From the NCBI GenBank assembly GCA_947496715.1, contig CANMDT010000004.1, positions 2,703-66,702 of the forward strand: a stretch of DNA of 64,000 nucleotides, written 5' to 3'. This document shows, piece by piece, positions 48,061-57,601 of the stretch. Below the pieces are notes generated by a model. It saw only the letters and a list, made by a program, of their open reading frames with translations, was not told the DNA's origin and did not search any database. The stretch is from Myxococcales bacterium. Its GTDB lineage: Bacteria > Myxococcota_A > Bradymonadia > REDH01. Each line of letters opens with the position of its first letter. The stretch's first letter is position 1. Position numbers and translations under genes: made by a program.

Positions 48061-49611
48061 ATGATGAAACTCGTGATTGGTGACCAGCCGCTGACCTCCG
48101 CAGAGATCGAGGCCGTGCTCTTCGGCGCCGCGAAGGTGGAACTCTCCGCCGCCGCCGCGCTCCTCATCGACCGCTCCGCCGACATCGTCGCCCGCGCTGC
48201 CCGCTCCGGTCAGACAGTCTATGGCGTCACCACCGGCTTCGGCTCTAACCGCGATACCAGCATCTCTCCGGACGATGCCGAGCAGCTGCAGCACCGGCTC
48301 GTAGTCTCTCATGCCTGTGGCGTCGGCAACCCGCTGTCGCAGGTCGTCGTCCGAGGCATGATGCTCCTGCGGGTCAAGGCCCTCTCGCGGGGCTTCAGCG
48401 GAATCCGTCGCACGACCCTGCAGCGCCTCATCGACCTCCTCAACGCCCGCATCCATCCTGTTGTCCCCGAGCGCGGGAGCGTCGGTGCGAGCGGCGACCT
48501 CTGTCCCCTCGCACATGTCGCCATCGCCCTCATCGGCGTCGGCGAGGTCGACACGCCCACCGGTCGCACGACGGCGCTCGCGGCACTTGCCGCCGCGGGA
48601 CTCGAGCCCGTCCGACTTACCTACAAGGAGGGGCTCGCCCTCCTCAACGGTACCCAGTCCATGACCGCGCTGGGCCTCGTCACCACCCTCCGCGCCCGAC
48701 GCATCTTTGCGCTCGCCGACGCCGCCTGCGCCATGTCGCTCGAGGCGCTCGCAGGCCGCATCGAGGCCTTCGACCCTCGCGTCCAGGCCGTCCGCGGCCG
48801 TCCCGGCCAGATCGCCGTCGCCTCCCGCGTGCGCCGCCTCACCGCAGGGAGCGAACTCGTAGGCTGCACTCCCGGCCAGGTCGAAGGCAAGCGCGAGTTC
48901 GTTCAAGACCCCTACTGCCTCCGCTGCGCACCCCAGGTGCACGGCGCGGCGCTCGATGTCCTCGACCATGTCGAGACGCAGCTCCTCATCGAGGTCGACG
49001 CGGTCACAGACAACCCCATTATCTTTCCCGACAACGAAGACATCCTCTCCGGCGGCAACTTCCACGGACAGCCCGTCGCCATGGCGCTCGACTACCTCAA
49101 GCTCGCGCTCGCAGACCTCTCCAGCATCTCGGAGCGCCGCACCGCACGCCTCGTCGACAAGTCACTGAGCGAGGGCCTGCCCGCCTTCCTCGTCAGCAAC
49201 CCCGGACTCAACTCCGGCATGATGATCCCACAGTATGTCGCCGCCGCCCTCGTCTCCGAGGCCAAGACCCTCGCGGTCCCCGCCTCCACAGACAGCATCC
49301 CGACCTCGGCCAACATGGAGGATCATGTCTCCATGGGGCAGCACGCAGGCAGGCAGGCGCTCGCCATCCTCGAAATCCTCGAGCAGGTCGTCGCCATCGA
49401 GCTCTTCGTTGCCGCCCAGGCCCTCTCGCTCCGCGCTCCCCGCCGCCCCGGCGCAGGCACCGCCAACCTGCTCGCACAGATCCGCGCCCACGTCCCGCAG
49501 CTCGAGGACGACCGCTACCTCTCGCCCGACCTCGCCCGTATGCTCGACCTCGTCCGACACCACCTCACGGTACCGGACGCGCCCGACCCTACCCGCGACC
49601 CTTCAGCGTAG
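48061..49611 (+). CDS. hutH: aromatic amino acid ammonia-lyase family (histidine ammonia-lyase-like, MIO cofactor)
   Basis: GSVGASGDLCPLAH (Ala-Ser-Gly MIO triad). GGAG SD before ATGATG at 48061. Confidence 0.8.
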   Translation: MMKLVIGDQPLTSAEIEAVLFGAAKVELSAAAALLIDRSADIVARAARSGQTVYGVTTGFGSNRDTSISPDDAEQLQHRLVVSHACGVGNPLSQVVVRGMMLLRVKALSRGFSGIRRTTLQRLIDLLNARIHPVVPERGSVGASGDLCPLAHVAIALIGVGEVDTPTGRTTALAALAAAGLEPVRLTYKEGLALLNGTQSMTALGLVTTLRARRIFALADAACAMSLEALAGRIEAFDPRVQAVRGRPGQIAVASRVRRLTAGSELVGCTPGQVEGKREFVQDPYCLRCAPQVHGAALDVLDHVETQLLIEVDAVTDNPIIFPDNEDILSGGNFHGQPVAMALDYLKLALADLSSISERRTARLVDKSLSEGLPAFLVSNPGLNSGMMIPQYVAAALVSEAKTLAVPASTDSIPTSANMEDHVSMGQHAGRQALAILEILEQVVAIELFVAAQALSLRAPRRPGAGTANLLAQIRAHVPQLEDDRYLSPDLARMLDLVRHHLTVPDAPDPTRDPSA

Positions 49612-50932
49612 CGATCGCCTCCGACCAGGGCAGCGTCACCTGCTCGCCTGTGCCCATGCGACGCAGCCCCACCGTCTGAGACTCCGCCTCGCGAAGCCCC
49701 AGAATCGCCACCATGGGGGCGCCGATCGACTCCGCATGCTTGAACTGCTTCGGCAGCTTGGCCACCTCGGGATAGACCTCCACAGAGATCCCTGCGCTCC
49801 GCGCCAGCTTGGCAAACGCCAGCACAGCCGCCAGCGCCTCAGGAGCCCGGTCGAGCTGGCTCACCATCAGATCCGCGCCCTCGGCCAGCTCCGGGAACAT
49901 ACCCCGCTCCTCCATGATCAGCATGATCCGCTCAAACCCGAGCGCAAAGCCGACGGCAGGGATCTCCTCCTTGCCGAACATCCCGATGAGCCCATCGTAG
50001 CGACCGCCGCCACCCACCGAACCCGCAAGGTCGGGAAGGGCGATCTCGAAGATCGGACCGGTGTAGTACGACAGCCCGCGCGCGAGACTCAGGTCGAAGT
50101 CCACACCGCCAGTTGCGAGCGGCGCCCGACCAAGCAGCGCAAACAGCGCCTCGAGATTCGCACAGCCCGCCTCTCCCGATGGCGACCTGCCGGCAAAGGC
50201 GGCGGCGACCTCAGCGAGCGTAACGCCTGGCTTCAGGAGCGAAGAAAGCAGCTCCCACGCCTCCGCGCCGACACCCAACGATGCCAGCTCGCGCTGAACA
50301 CCCTCCAAGCCAATCTTATCCAGCTTGTCGATCACCGTGATGACCGCGATGCCCTGCTCCGCCGGCAGACCCAGCAGCTCCACCAGACCACTCAAAATCC
50401 GGCGCTCGTTCACACGAACCCGGAAGTCAGTGAACCCGAGCGCCCCCAGCGCACCCGTCACGGCCGAGATGACCTCGTATTCGGCCACCAGGGAGCGACT
50501 CCCGACAAAGTCGACATCGCACTGGTAAAACTCGCGCAGCCGACCGCGCTGCGGGCGATCGGCACGCCAAACCGGCTGCATCTGGTACCGCTTGAACGGG
50601 CGCGGGAGGCTACTCGCATGCTCCGCCACCACGCGCGCCAGAGGCACCGTCAGGTCATACCGCAGGCCGAAGTCGGCGAGCTCCTTGCCGCCATCCTCCA
50701 CCGCCCGTGTGAGCGCCTCGCCCCGCTTCATCACACGGAAGATCAGCTGGTCACCCTCCTCTCCATACTTGCCCAGAAGCACCTCAAGCCGCTCCATCGA
50801 CGGCGTCTCCAGCGGCACAAAACCATGCAGCCGGTAGACCTCACGGATCTGCTCCATCACAAACCTGCGCCGCGCCACCGCAGCCGGCAGAAAATCTCGC
50901 ATGCCGGGCGGGGCAGAAGTCACAATTGCCAT
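49589..50932 (-). CDS. hisS: histidine--tRNA ligase
   Basis: Class II aaRS motifs (…MRDFLP…, FKRYQMQPVWRADRPQRGRLREFYQCDVD, GGGRYDGL). Start at ATG 50932 (MAIVTS). Confidence 0.9.
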   Translation of the reverse strand: MAIVTSAPPGMRDFLPAAVARRRFVMEQIREVYRLHGFVPLETPSMERLEVLLGKYGEEGDQLIFRVMKRGEALTRAVEDGGKELADFGLRYDLTVPLARVVAEHASSLPRPFKRYQMQPVWRADRPQRGRLREFYQCDVDFVGSRSLVAEYEVISAVTGALGALGFTDFRVRVNERRILSGLVELLGLPAEQGIAVITVIDKLDKIGLEGVQRELASLGVGAEAWELLSSLLKPGVTLAEVAAAFAGRSPSGEAGCANLEALFALLGRAPLATGGVDFDLSLARGLSYYTGPIFEIALPDLAGSVGGGGRYDGLIGMFGKEEIPAVGFALGFERIMLIMEERGMFPELAEGADLMVSQLDRAPEALAAVLAFAKLARSAGISVEVYPEVAKLPKQFKHAESIGAPMVAILGLREAESQTVGLRRMGTGEQVTLPWSEAIATLKGRG

Positions 50933-51079
50933 CGGTCCTCTCCATCCGTGAGAATACGCGGCGACTCTAGCCTGTTGCCGCAACCTGCCAAGCCTTGTTC
51001 GAACGCCTGCGAATCTTGCCATCAGCGAACCGCAGCCGTATCGCCCGCCACCAACTGCACCGCCTACGAGACGACCAGC

Positions 51080-52939
51080 ATGCACCGCTTTTCGGGTCAC
51101 TCCCTCTCCCTGCTCTTCGCGCTCTGCTTCGCGCTCACCGCCTGCAAGCAGGAACCCCAGACTGCGCCTTCCGTGCCGGCCCCGGTTACAACCCCCGAAG
51201 CGCTCACGGCAACGCCGGAGGTCTTTCCGCCCGCACCCTGCGACGAGACCAACGCGCTCCTACGGCGCCCCGCAACCGCCACCGGCGCCTCGGTCGACCT
51301 CACGCAGCTGACCGACCTCCTCAACACCCCGGGCGAGGTACCCGCCGAGGCCGTTGCCAAGCTAAAGGCCGCCGGGCCGGCTGCCGCTCCCCTCGCAGAC
51401 CTCATCGCCTCGCGCATCGTCGCGGCACCCCCAGAAGAGGCGGCCCGACTCCTCGATGCACTGGCCAGCATCTCCCCCGAGGCGGTCGTTACCGTCGCCT
51501 CCAAGCTCATCGACACGGGCGCCGCCGAGCCGTCACGACTCAAACTCTCACTCGCCGCCTCTTCGCTCATCTCCATCGGTGAGCAGGGCTTCATCGCCTT
51601 CCTCGGCCGAGCCAAAGACGAGGCGCTCATCACCCCACCCATCCGCATCTCGCGCATGGAGCGCATGTCGAGCTACCCGCTGCCGGCCTTCGAACTCCTC
51701 TTCGGCAACAAGCGATTCTGCAGCATGAACCCCGACGACGCAGGCTGCCGTGCGCTCCTCCGCGAGCTGTTGATAGCCCGTCCCGCCCTCCTCCCGCCCT
51801 CCGACCAAGACTCCGCCCTGGTTCGGCTCCTGCGCACCGAGGCAGCCCTGCTGCGCGGTGAGCCCGCCGCCGCCGCCTGGAACCAGCTCCTCCTCGACAA
51901 GCAGCTCACGCCCGAAGCCCGCATGAACTCCTTCGAGTTCGTCAACCACTTCCTGCCTGCGGCTGTCGCGATCCCGGCTGCCCTCAACCTCTTTCGCCAA
52001 CCGCCCTCCATCCGCTCAGAGCGCGCCATCGCGCTCTGGCTCATCGCCCGCTCTGGCGCCCTCCGCGACCCCGCGCTCCTCGCGCAGCTCGATGCCCCCC
52101 TCACCGAAACCCCCGACCACCTCGTTGCGCGCGCGCTCGTGAGGCTCTTCGCTGGCGACCCTGCCCTCGCAACCGCCAGCGCAGAACAGCTCCGAGTCTT
52201 CGGTGCCGCCGAGCGCAATGATCTCGCCGCCCTCGCACAGCTCGCGCTCCTCAAACTCGGCAAGTACTCCCTCCTCACCCACACCTCGCTCTCCAAGCAG
52301 GCCGACGCCTGGACTGCGCTCATCGCCGCAAAGGATGCCGCCGCCATGATGGCCCTTCGCGCCGGAGCGCTCAAAAAGACCAACGAGGTCATGAGCGCCG
52401 ATGCCGCCATGCTCTGGGCCGTTGGACGCGAGCAGGAGCTCGCCCGCCACCTCGCTGCGGTCACCGACCCCGGCGCCCGCCCCGACGCCCTCCTCCTCGC
52501 CGATCGGCTCGGCACCGCCGGCGCTGCGGTCGTCGCTTCGCACATCTCCGCCAACCCCGCTCTCGCCGAGGCCGACGCAGTCGCGGCACTCACCGCGACG
52601 CTCACCGCAGACCAGGCAAAACCTTGGATCGATGCTGCGATTGCAAACCCGCGCTACGAGATTGCAGCTCTCAAACTCGCTGCACGCTTCGGCTATCTCC
52701 CCCGCCAGGAGAACCTCATCCCCATCCTCCTGCGCGACCGTGACGGCCGCAAACCCGGCGTCATCCGGCAGGTCGATGCCACCCGCTTTGCCCAAATCCT
52801 CCTCATCCGCCAGCCGCAGCTCAGCCGTGAGCGGCTCGCCGCCTCCAGGCGCCAACTCGCCCCCTCCGATGCCGGATTCGCTGCGATCGGACTCGTCCTC
52901 TTCGCGGCTACCACCGATTGCGCTCCCCCCACCGAGTAG
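51080..52939 (+). CDS. Ala/Leu-rich helical-repeat (HEAT-like) lipoprotein of unknown function
   Basis: Lipobox FALTACK at ATG 51080. Track ORF 49235..52939 is this frame read through hisS antisense without stops. Confidence 0.6.
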   Translation: MHRFSGHSLSLLFALCFALTACKQEPQTAPSVPAPVTTPEALTATPEVFPPAPCDETNALLRRPATATGASVDLTQLTDLLNTPGEVPAEAVAKLKAAGPAAAPLADLIASRIVAAPPEEAARLLDALASISPEAVVTVASKLIDTGAAEPSRLKLSLAASSLISIGEQGFIAFLGRAKDEALITPPIRISRMERMSSYPLPAFELLFGNKRFCSMNPDDAGCRALLRELLIARPALLPPSDQDSALVRLLRTEAALLRGEPAAAAWNQLLLDKQLTPEARMNSFEFVNHFLPAAVAIPAALNLFRQPPSIRSERAIALWLIARSGALRDPALLAQLDAPLTETPDHLVARALVRLFAGDPALATASAEQLRVFGAAERNDLAALAQLALLKLGKYSLLTHTSLSKQADAWTALIAAKDAAAMMALRAGALKKTNEVMSADAAMLWAVGREQELARHLAAVTDPGARPDALLLADRLGTAGAAVVASHISANPALAEADAVAALTATLTADQAKPWIDAAIANPRYEIAALKLAARFGYLPRQENLIPILLRDRDGRKPGVIRQVDATRFAQILLIRQPQLSRERLAASRRQLAPSDAGFAAIGLVLFAATTDCAPPTE

Positions 52940-52947
52940 GCTCCATC

Positions 52948-54324
52948 ATGTCCAACGCGCTCTCCACCCTCCTTCACGCCAGCCGCCCCCAACACCTGCA
53001 GCAGCTGACGGATCTCCTCACCATCCCCAGCATCTCCGCGAAGGCCGAGCACAACGCAGACACCGCCCACTGCGCCGACTTCGTCGCCGATGCGCTCCGC
53101 AATGCCGGACTCCACACCGAGGTCATCCCGACCCCCGGCCACCCCGTCGTCTACGCGGAGTGGCTTGGCGCCCCCGACGCCCCCACCGTCCTCATCTACG
53201 GCCACTACGATGTGCAGCCGGTCGAGCCCCTCGAAGAGTGGCGCAACCCGCCATTCTCGCCCACCATCGAAGGCGACAACATCGTCGCCCGCGGCGCTAC
53301 CGACGACAAGGGCCAGATGTTCGCCCACGTCCTCGCCGCCCACGCGCTTATCACCGCCAATGGCAAGCTCCCCTGCAACGTGAAGTTCATCATCGAGGGC
53401 GAAGAAGAGATCGGCAGCCCCAACCTCGACCCCTTCCTCCGCGACCACCGCGACCGCCTCGCCGCCGATGTCGTCCTGATCAGCGACACCTCCATGTGGT
53501 CCCCCGGCCGCCCCGGCGTCACCGTCGGCCTCCGCGGCCTCACCTACGTCGAAATCCATGTGCAGGGCGCGACCCACGACCTCCACTCCGGCCTCTATGG
53601 AGGCGGCGTCGCAAACCCCATCAACGCCCTCAGCCGCATCATCGCCGGACTCCACAACCCCGATGGCTCGGTCGCCGTCCCCGGCTTCTACGACAACGTC
53701 CAGCCGCTCACCCCCGAGGAGCGCGCCGAGTTCGCTGCGCTCGGCCACGACGAGGTCCAGTTCCGAGCCGAGATCGGCGTCGCTGAGTCGCCCGGAGAGG
53801 CCGGCTACACCCTCCTCGAGCGCATCACCGCCCGCCCCACACTCGACTGCAACGGCATCTGGGGCGGCTACACGGGGGAGGGCGCAAAGACCGTCCTTCC
53901 CGCCTCCGCGCACGCCAAGGTCTCCTGCCGGCTCGTCGCCAACCAGACCTCCGAGGAGATCGAGGCCAAGCTCCGCAACCATGTCCTCGCCAACCTGCCG
54001 CCCGGCGTCACCGCCCGCGTCGAACTCCACCACGGCGCCCCCGCCTTCCTCGCCGATCGCGCCGTCCCCACCATGATCGCCGCCACCAACGCCCTCAAGA
54101 CCGTCTGGGGCGTCGACCCCGTCTTCATGCGCTCGGGAGGCAGCATCCCCGTCGTCGCAAGCTTCAAGTCAGAGCTGGGCCTCGACTCCATCCTCATGGG
54201 CTTCGGCCTCGCCGACGACAGAGCCCACTCCCCCAACGAGAAGTTCTCCATCACCTCGTTCTACCAAGGAATCGAGGCCTCCGCGCAGTTCATGCTCGAA
54301 CTCGCAAAGCTCCCGAAAAAGTAG
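52948..54324 (+). CDS. M20-family metallopeptidase (dipeptidase/ArgE-DapE-like)
   Basis: YGHYDVQP, GATDDKG, EGEEEIGS motifs. Confidence 0.85.
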   Translation: MSNALSTLLHASRPQHLQQLTDLLTIPSISAKAEHNADTAHCADFVADALRNAGLHTEVIPTPGHPVVYAEWLGAPDAPTVLIYGHYDVQPVEPLEEWRNPPFSPTIEGDNIVARGATDDKGQMFAHVLAAHALITANGKLPCNVKFIIEGEEEIGSPNLDPFLRDHRDRLAADVVLISDTSMWSPGRPGVTVGLRGLTYVEIHVQGATHDLHSGLYGGGVANPINALSRIIAGLHNPDGSVAVPGFYDNVQPLTPEERAEFAALGHDEVQFRAEIGVAESPGEAGYTLLERITARPTLDCNGIWGGYTGEGAKTVLPASAHAKVSCRLVANQTSEEIEAKLRNHVLANLPPGVTARVELHHGAPAFLADRAVPTMIAATNALKTVWGVDPVFMRSGGSIPVVASFKSELGLDSILMGFGLADDRAHSPNEKFSITSFYQGIEASAQFMLELAKLPKK

Positions 54325-54352
54325 CGCTCGCCTCGGCGACCGCCTCCGCCGG

Positions 54353-55696
54353 TTAGGGCGTAACCGCGGGCGGCGGCGTGCCGCTCTTCTGGTAAAGCAC
54401 CCAGACGAGGCCAAGCAGCAGAAGCGAAAGCACCGCCAGGCCCGCCACGATGATGTAGAGCACGGTCGGATTCAGCCCACCCGGAGCCGCGAGCGGCGTC
54501 CCCACTCCCTTCACTGCGCCCACCGAGCCAGAGATCGACGGCGGTGTGTTCCGCTTCGCCATCGATGGCATCGAGGTTGAACTCGCCGAACCGGGCGTGC
54601 CGGCTGCAGCAACCGCCGCTCCACCACCGCGGCGCGCCGCGTTCGTGCGTGCCACATCCAGTACCAATGCCAGCTGACGCGGGTCGAGCACCGTGGTCCG
54701 AACCGTCGTCTCCGAACTCAGCTCGCTCTCCAGCGTCTCCAGATCCGACAAGAACTCCATGGCGTTGCCATATCGGTTCTTCGGGTCCTTCTCGAGCGCC
54801 TTGAGGATAATGCGCTCCATCTTCGGATGCACAGGACGCTTCCCCACCTTGCTCGGCGGCTTCGGTGCATCGTAGACATGCGAGGCAAGCACGGCGACCG
54901 CAGCGCTGCTCTTGAATGGAACTTCGCCCGTTACCATCTCGTATAAAATTACGCCCAGGCTGTAGAGGTCGCTCCGACCGTCCAACTCCTTCGCTTGCGC
55001 CTGCTCGGGGCTCAGATACTCCGGCGTGCCATACACAACGCCCGCCTGCGTAAGCTTCTGCTGCTGCTTGCCGTCCGGCTCCTTCACCTTCGCGATGCCG
55101 AAGTCGAGCACCTTAACGTAGTCATCCGCCCCGCGGAACTTCGTCAGCATGATGTTATCGGGCTTCAGGTCGCGGTGCACGATGCCGATCTCGTGCGCCT
55201 CGCTCAGCGTATGCAGCACCTGCCGCATGATCCCAATCACGCGGAGCTCGTCCATCTTCGAGCCAGCCTCCATCACGTCTCGGAGCTGCTGGCCCTCCAC
55301 GAACTCCATCGCAAGGTAGAGCATGCCTTCCGGCGTCCGACCGAAGATGAACACTCGGATGATGTTCGGATGGCTCAATCGCGCGATAGCCTGCGCCTCG
55401 CGGTTGAACCGCTTCACCAACTCCTCGTTCCGAGCAGCGTGACCGTGCAGAACCTTCACCGCAATCCGCTGCCCGATCGCAGGATTCTCCGCCAGATAGA
55501 CGGCGCCCATGCCGCCTTCGCCCAACTTCTTCTTGATGATGTAATCACCAAAAAGCGTCGTACCGACCAAGTCGTCCTGGTCTACCTGCGTTGCCGGCGA
55601 ATCCCGCTCAGGCATCGGCACCAGACCCGAACCGTCGTCGGGGCAAAAGAGTGCCTCTTCATTGAATCTACGACCGCAGTGCGGACAGACTTTCAT
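54353..55696 (-). CDS. Hanks-type Ser/Thr protein kinase with N-terminal zinc ribbon and C-terminal TM anchor
   Basis: CPHCG…[64 protein letters not shown]. Start at ATG 55696 (TTG 55714 alternative). Confidence 0.85.
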   Translation of the reverse strand: MKVCPHCGRRFNEEALFCPDDGSGLVPMPERDSPATQVDQDDLVGTTLFGDYIIKKKLGEGGMGAVYLAENPAIGQRIAVKVLHGHAARNEELVKRFNREAQAIARLSHPNIIRVFIFGRTPEGMLYLAMEFVEGQQLRDVMEAGSKMDELRVIGIMRQVLHTLSEAHEIGIVHRDLKPDNIMLTKFRGADDYVKVLDFGIAKVKEPDGKQQQKLTQAGVVYGTPEYLSPEQAQAKELDGRSDLYSLGVILYEMVTGEVPFKSSAAVAVLASHVYDAPKPPSKVGKRPVHPKMERIILKALEKDPKNRYGNAMEFLSDLETLESELSSETTVRTTVLDPRQLALVLDVARTNAARRGGGAAVAAAGTPGSASSTSMPSMAKRNTPPSISGSVGAVKGVGTPLAAPGGLNPTVLYIIVAGLAVLSLLLLGLVWVLYQKSGTPPPAVTP

Positions 55697-55847
55697 GGCT
55701 GCGCCATCGCTCAAGGGTGTTCGAGTCCTCTACCACGCGCAACCTCCCAGTTTCAAGAACCGTCGGACGATACTTGTCGCACACCGCGCTTCGACGCTAT
55801 CCTCACCAAATAGTCGTCTTTCGCTCTCCTCGCCCGTCGGCTCGGCC

Positions 55848-56798
55848 ATGACCCCTTCCCACGACCATGCCCTCGCAGAGGCCCTCCGGCTCCTGCTCGA
55901 AAGAGCCGACGACTACGAAGGCCGCACGCGAGGAACCGAACTGCAACGTCCGCAGCTCCTACTCGCGGAACTTCACATCACCGCTCCCACCGATTCCGGA
56001 CGCACCGCGCTTGAGCCGCACCCCGACCTTGCGCCGGAACCCCTGCGTTGCATCGGCTGCGGTACCGAGAATCCGCCTGGCGCCAGGTTCTGCGGAGACT
56101 GCGGTCTGTCACAGCAGGCTCCCCCTGCAACCCCGGCACCGCCCGCCGCGCCCCTCTCCCGCTTCCAGCTCCTGCAGCTCCGAGACGACGGCTCCGACGG
56201 CTCCGCAACCCAACTCCCGCTCGCCGAACTCTTCATCGGACGAGAAGGAGACCTCGCCTTTCCGGCAGACCCGCTCCTGTCGCCGAAGCACGCCAAGCTC
56301 ACCGTCACCGATGACGCCGTCCGCATCGAAGACCTCCACTCGCTCAACGGCACCTTCCTCAAACTCCGCAACGAACACCGACTTCAGCTCGGCGACACGC
56401 TCATCCTCGGCCGCCAGCTCCTCCGCTTCGAACGGGTCGAGCAGGTCGCCGACCCACGCGCCCGCGGCGCCGACGGCACCCGTTTCATGGGCTCGCCCAG
56501 CCCGAGCGCCTCCTTCCGACTCGTCCAAGTCGGCGTAGGCGGCGTAGCGCAGAACGCCTACCTCCTCTACGACACCGCCACCTCCATCGGGCGAGAGCGG
56601 GGCGACCTCGTCTTCCCCCGCGACCGCTTCATGTCTGGCAAACATGCCGAGGTCGTCGCGCGAAGCGACGGCCACTACTACCTCGTCGACAAGGGCAGCT
56701 CCAACGGCACCTGGCTCAAGCTCTGGGAGCCCGTCGACCTCTCCCACGGCGACCGCATCCTCGTTGGTCAACAGACCTTCCGGGTCGAGGCCTCGTGA
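55848..56798 (+). CDS. zinc-ribbon + dual FHA-domain protein
   Basis: CIGCGTENPPGARFCGDCG. Two FHA units (…GREGDLAF..P.LSPKHAKL…SLNGTF… and …GRERGDLVFPRDRFMSGKHAEV…GSSNGTW…). Divergent from the kinase gene. Confidence 0.75.
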   Translation: MTPSHDHALAEALRLLLERADDYEGRTRGTELQRPQLLLAELHITAPTDSGRTALEPHPDLAPEPLRCIGCGTENPPGARFCGDCGLSQQAPPATPAPPAAPLSRFQLLQLRDDGSDGSATQLPLAELFIGREGDLAFPADPLLSPKHAKLTVTDDAVRIEDLHSLNGTFLKLRNEHRLQLGDTLILGRQLLRFERVEQVADPRARGADGTRFMGSPSPSASFRLVQVGVGGVAQNAYLLYDTATSIGRERGDLVFPRDRFMSGKHAEVVARSDGHYYLVDKGSSNGTWLKLWEPVDLSHGDRILVGQQTFRVEAS

Positions 56799-57601
56799 GC
56801 CGCTCACTGCCCCTCGGCCTGGCACTCTGCCTCGCCCTGGTTGGCTGCGACGACCTCACCTTCGGCTCATCGGTCGGAGGCGTTCAGGAGTCCGCTCCCG
56901 CCACCGCCGGGTCGGTCAAAGCCGTCGGCCTCATCCTCCAACGAACCGCGCCTGGCGGCGGCCATCTGGTCGAGGCGCAGCTGCAGCTCGTCAACCCCGG
57001 CGCCGTTGACCGCACGGTCCCCATTGGCGACCTCCGACTGCTCATCGGCGACCAGCCCCTCACCCTCTTCGCCGTCGCCAACAACTTCTACCAGTCTGCC
57101 AGTACCGATAACTTCGGAACCCTCGCGGCCGGCACCTCCATCACCCTCTCGCTCGTCGCGGCGCTCCCCTCCGGCGCGACCACCCTCACCGCCGAACTCC
57201 AGCTCCCCGCTGCCCCCACCCTCAGGCTCCCCGCAACGGCCGAGCCACCCGGAACCGGCCAGAGCACCGCCATCGAACTCCTCGGCGCCGACCGCGGAGC
57301 CCTCGCCATTGTAAGCCCCTACAACGGCTGGGGAAACGCCGTAACCTACGACCTCCTCGCCGATGCCGGCGCAGGCGCAGCCACGAGCGCACGCATCGAC
57401 CGCTGGCTCCTTGCCGCTTCGGCCTTCACCGGCCCCGACGAGTATCTGCCGGCTGCCGCCTTTCCCGCCTCCGGTGACTACTGGGTCGAAGTCGTCGCGC
57501 TCAGCCCCGTCTACGGCACAACGGTGACAGCCGCAGGTTGGGCCTCAGGCTCCTGGTTTGCGGCCGGAAACGCGACGGGCGCGCCCCTCCAGGCCCCCTA
57601 G
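56795..57601 (+). CDS. lipoprotein of unknown function (GTG start overlapping upstream stop, GTGA)
   Basis: Lipobox LALVGCD. Ala/Gly-rich. Confidence 0.55.
   Translation: MSRSLPLGLALCLALVGCDDLTFGSSVGGVQESAPATAGSVKAVGLILQRTAPGGGHLVEAQLQLVNPGAVDRTVPIGDLRLLIGDQPLTLFAVANNFYQSASTDNFGTLAAGTSITLSLVAALPSGATTLTAELQLPAAPTLRLPATAEPPGTGQSTAIELLGADRGALAIVSPYNGWGNAVTYDLLADAGAGAATSARIDRWLLAASAFTGPDEYLPAAAFPASGDYWVEVVALSPVYGTTVTAAGWASGSWFAAGNATGAPLQAP

Noticed and set aside
49235-52939. 1,234-aa + strand ORF spanning hisS antisense and the downstream lipoprotein
   Set aside because: Pro/Arg/Ser-rich low-complexity translation across the hisS antisense region. The real gene starts at the internal ATG 51080, which gives a lipobox signal peptide
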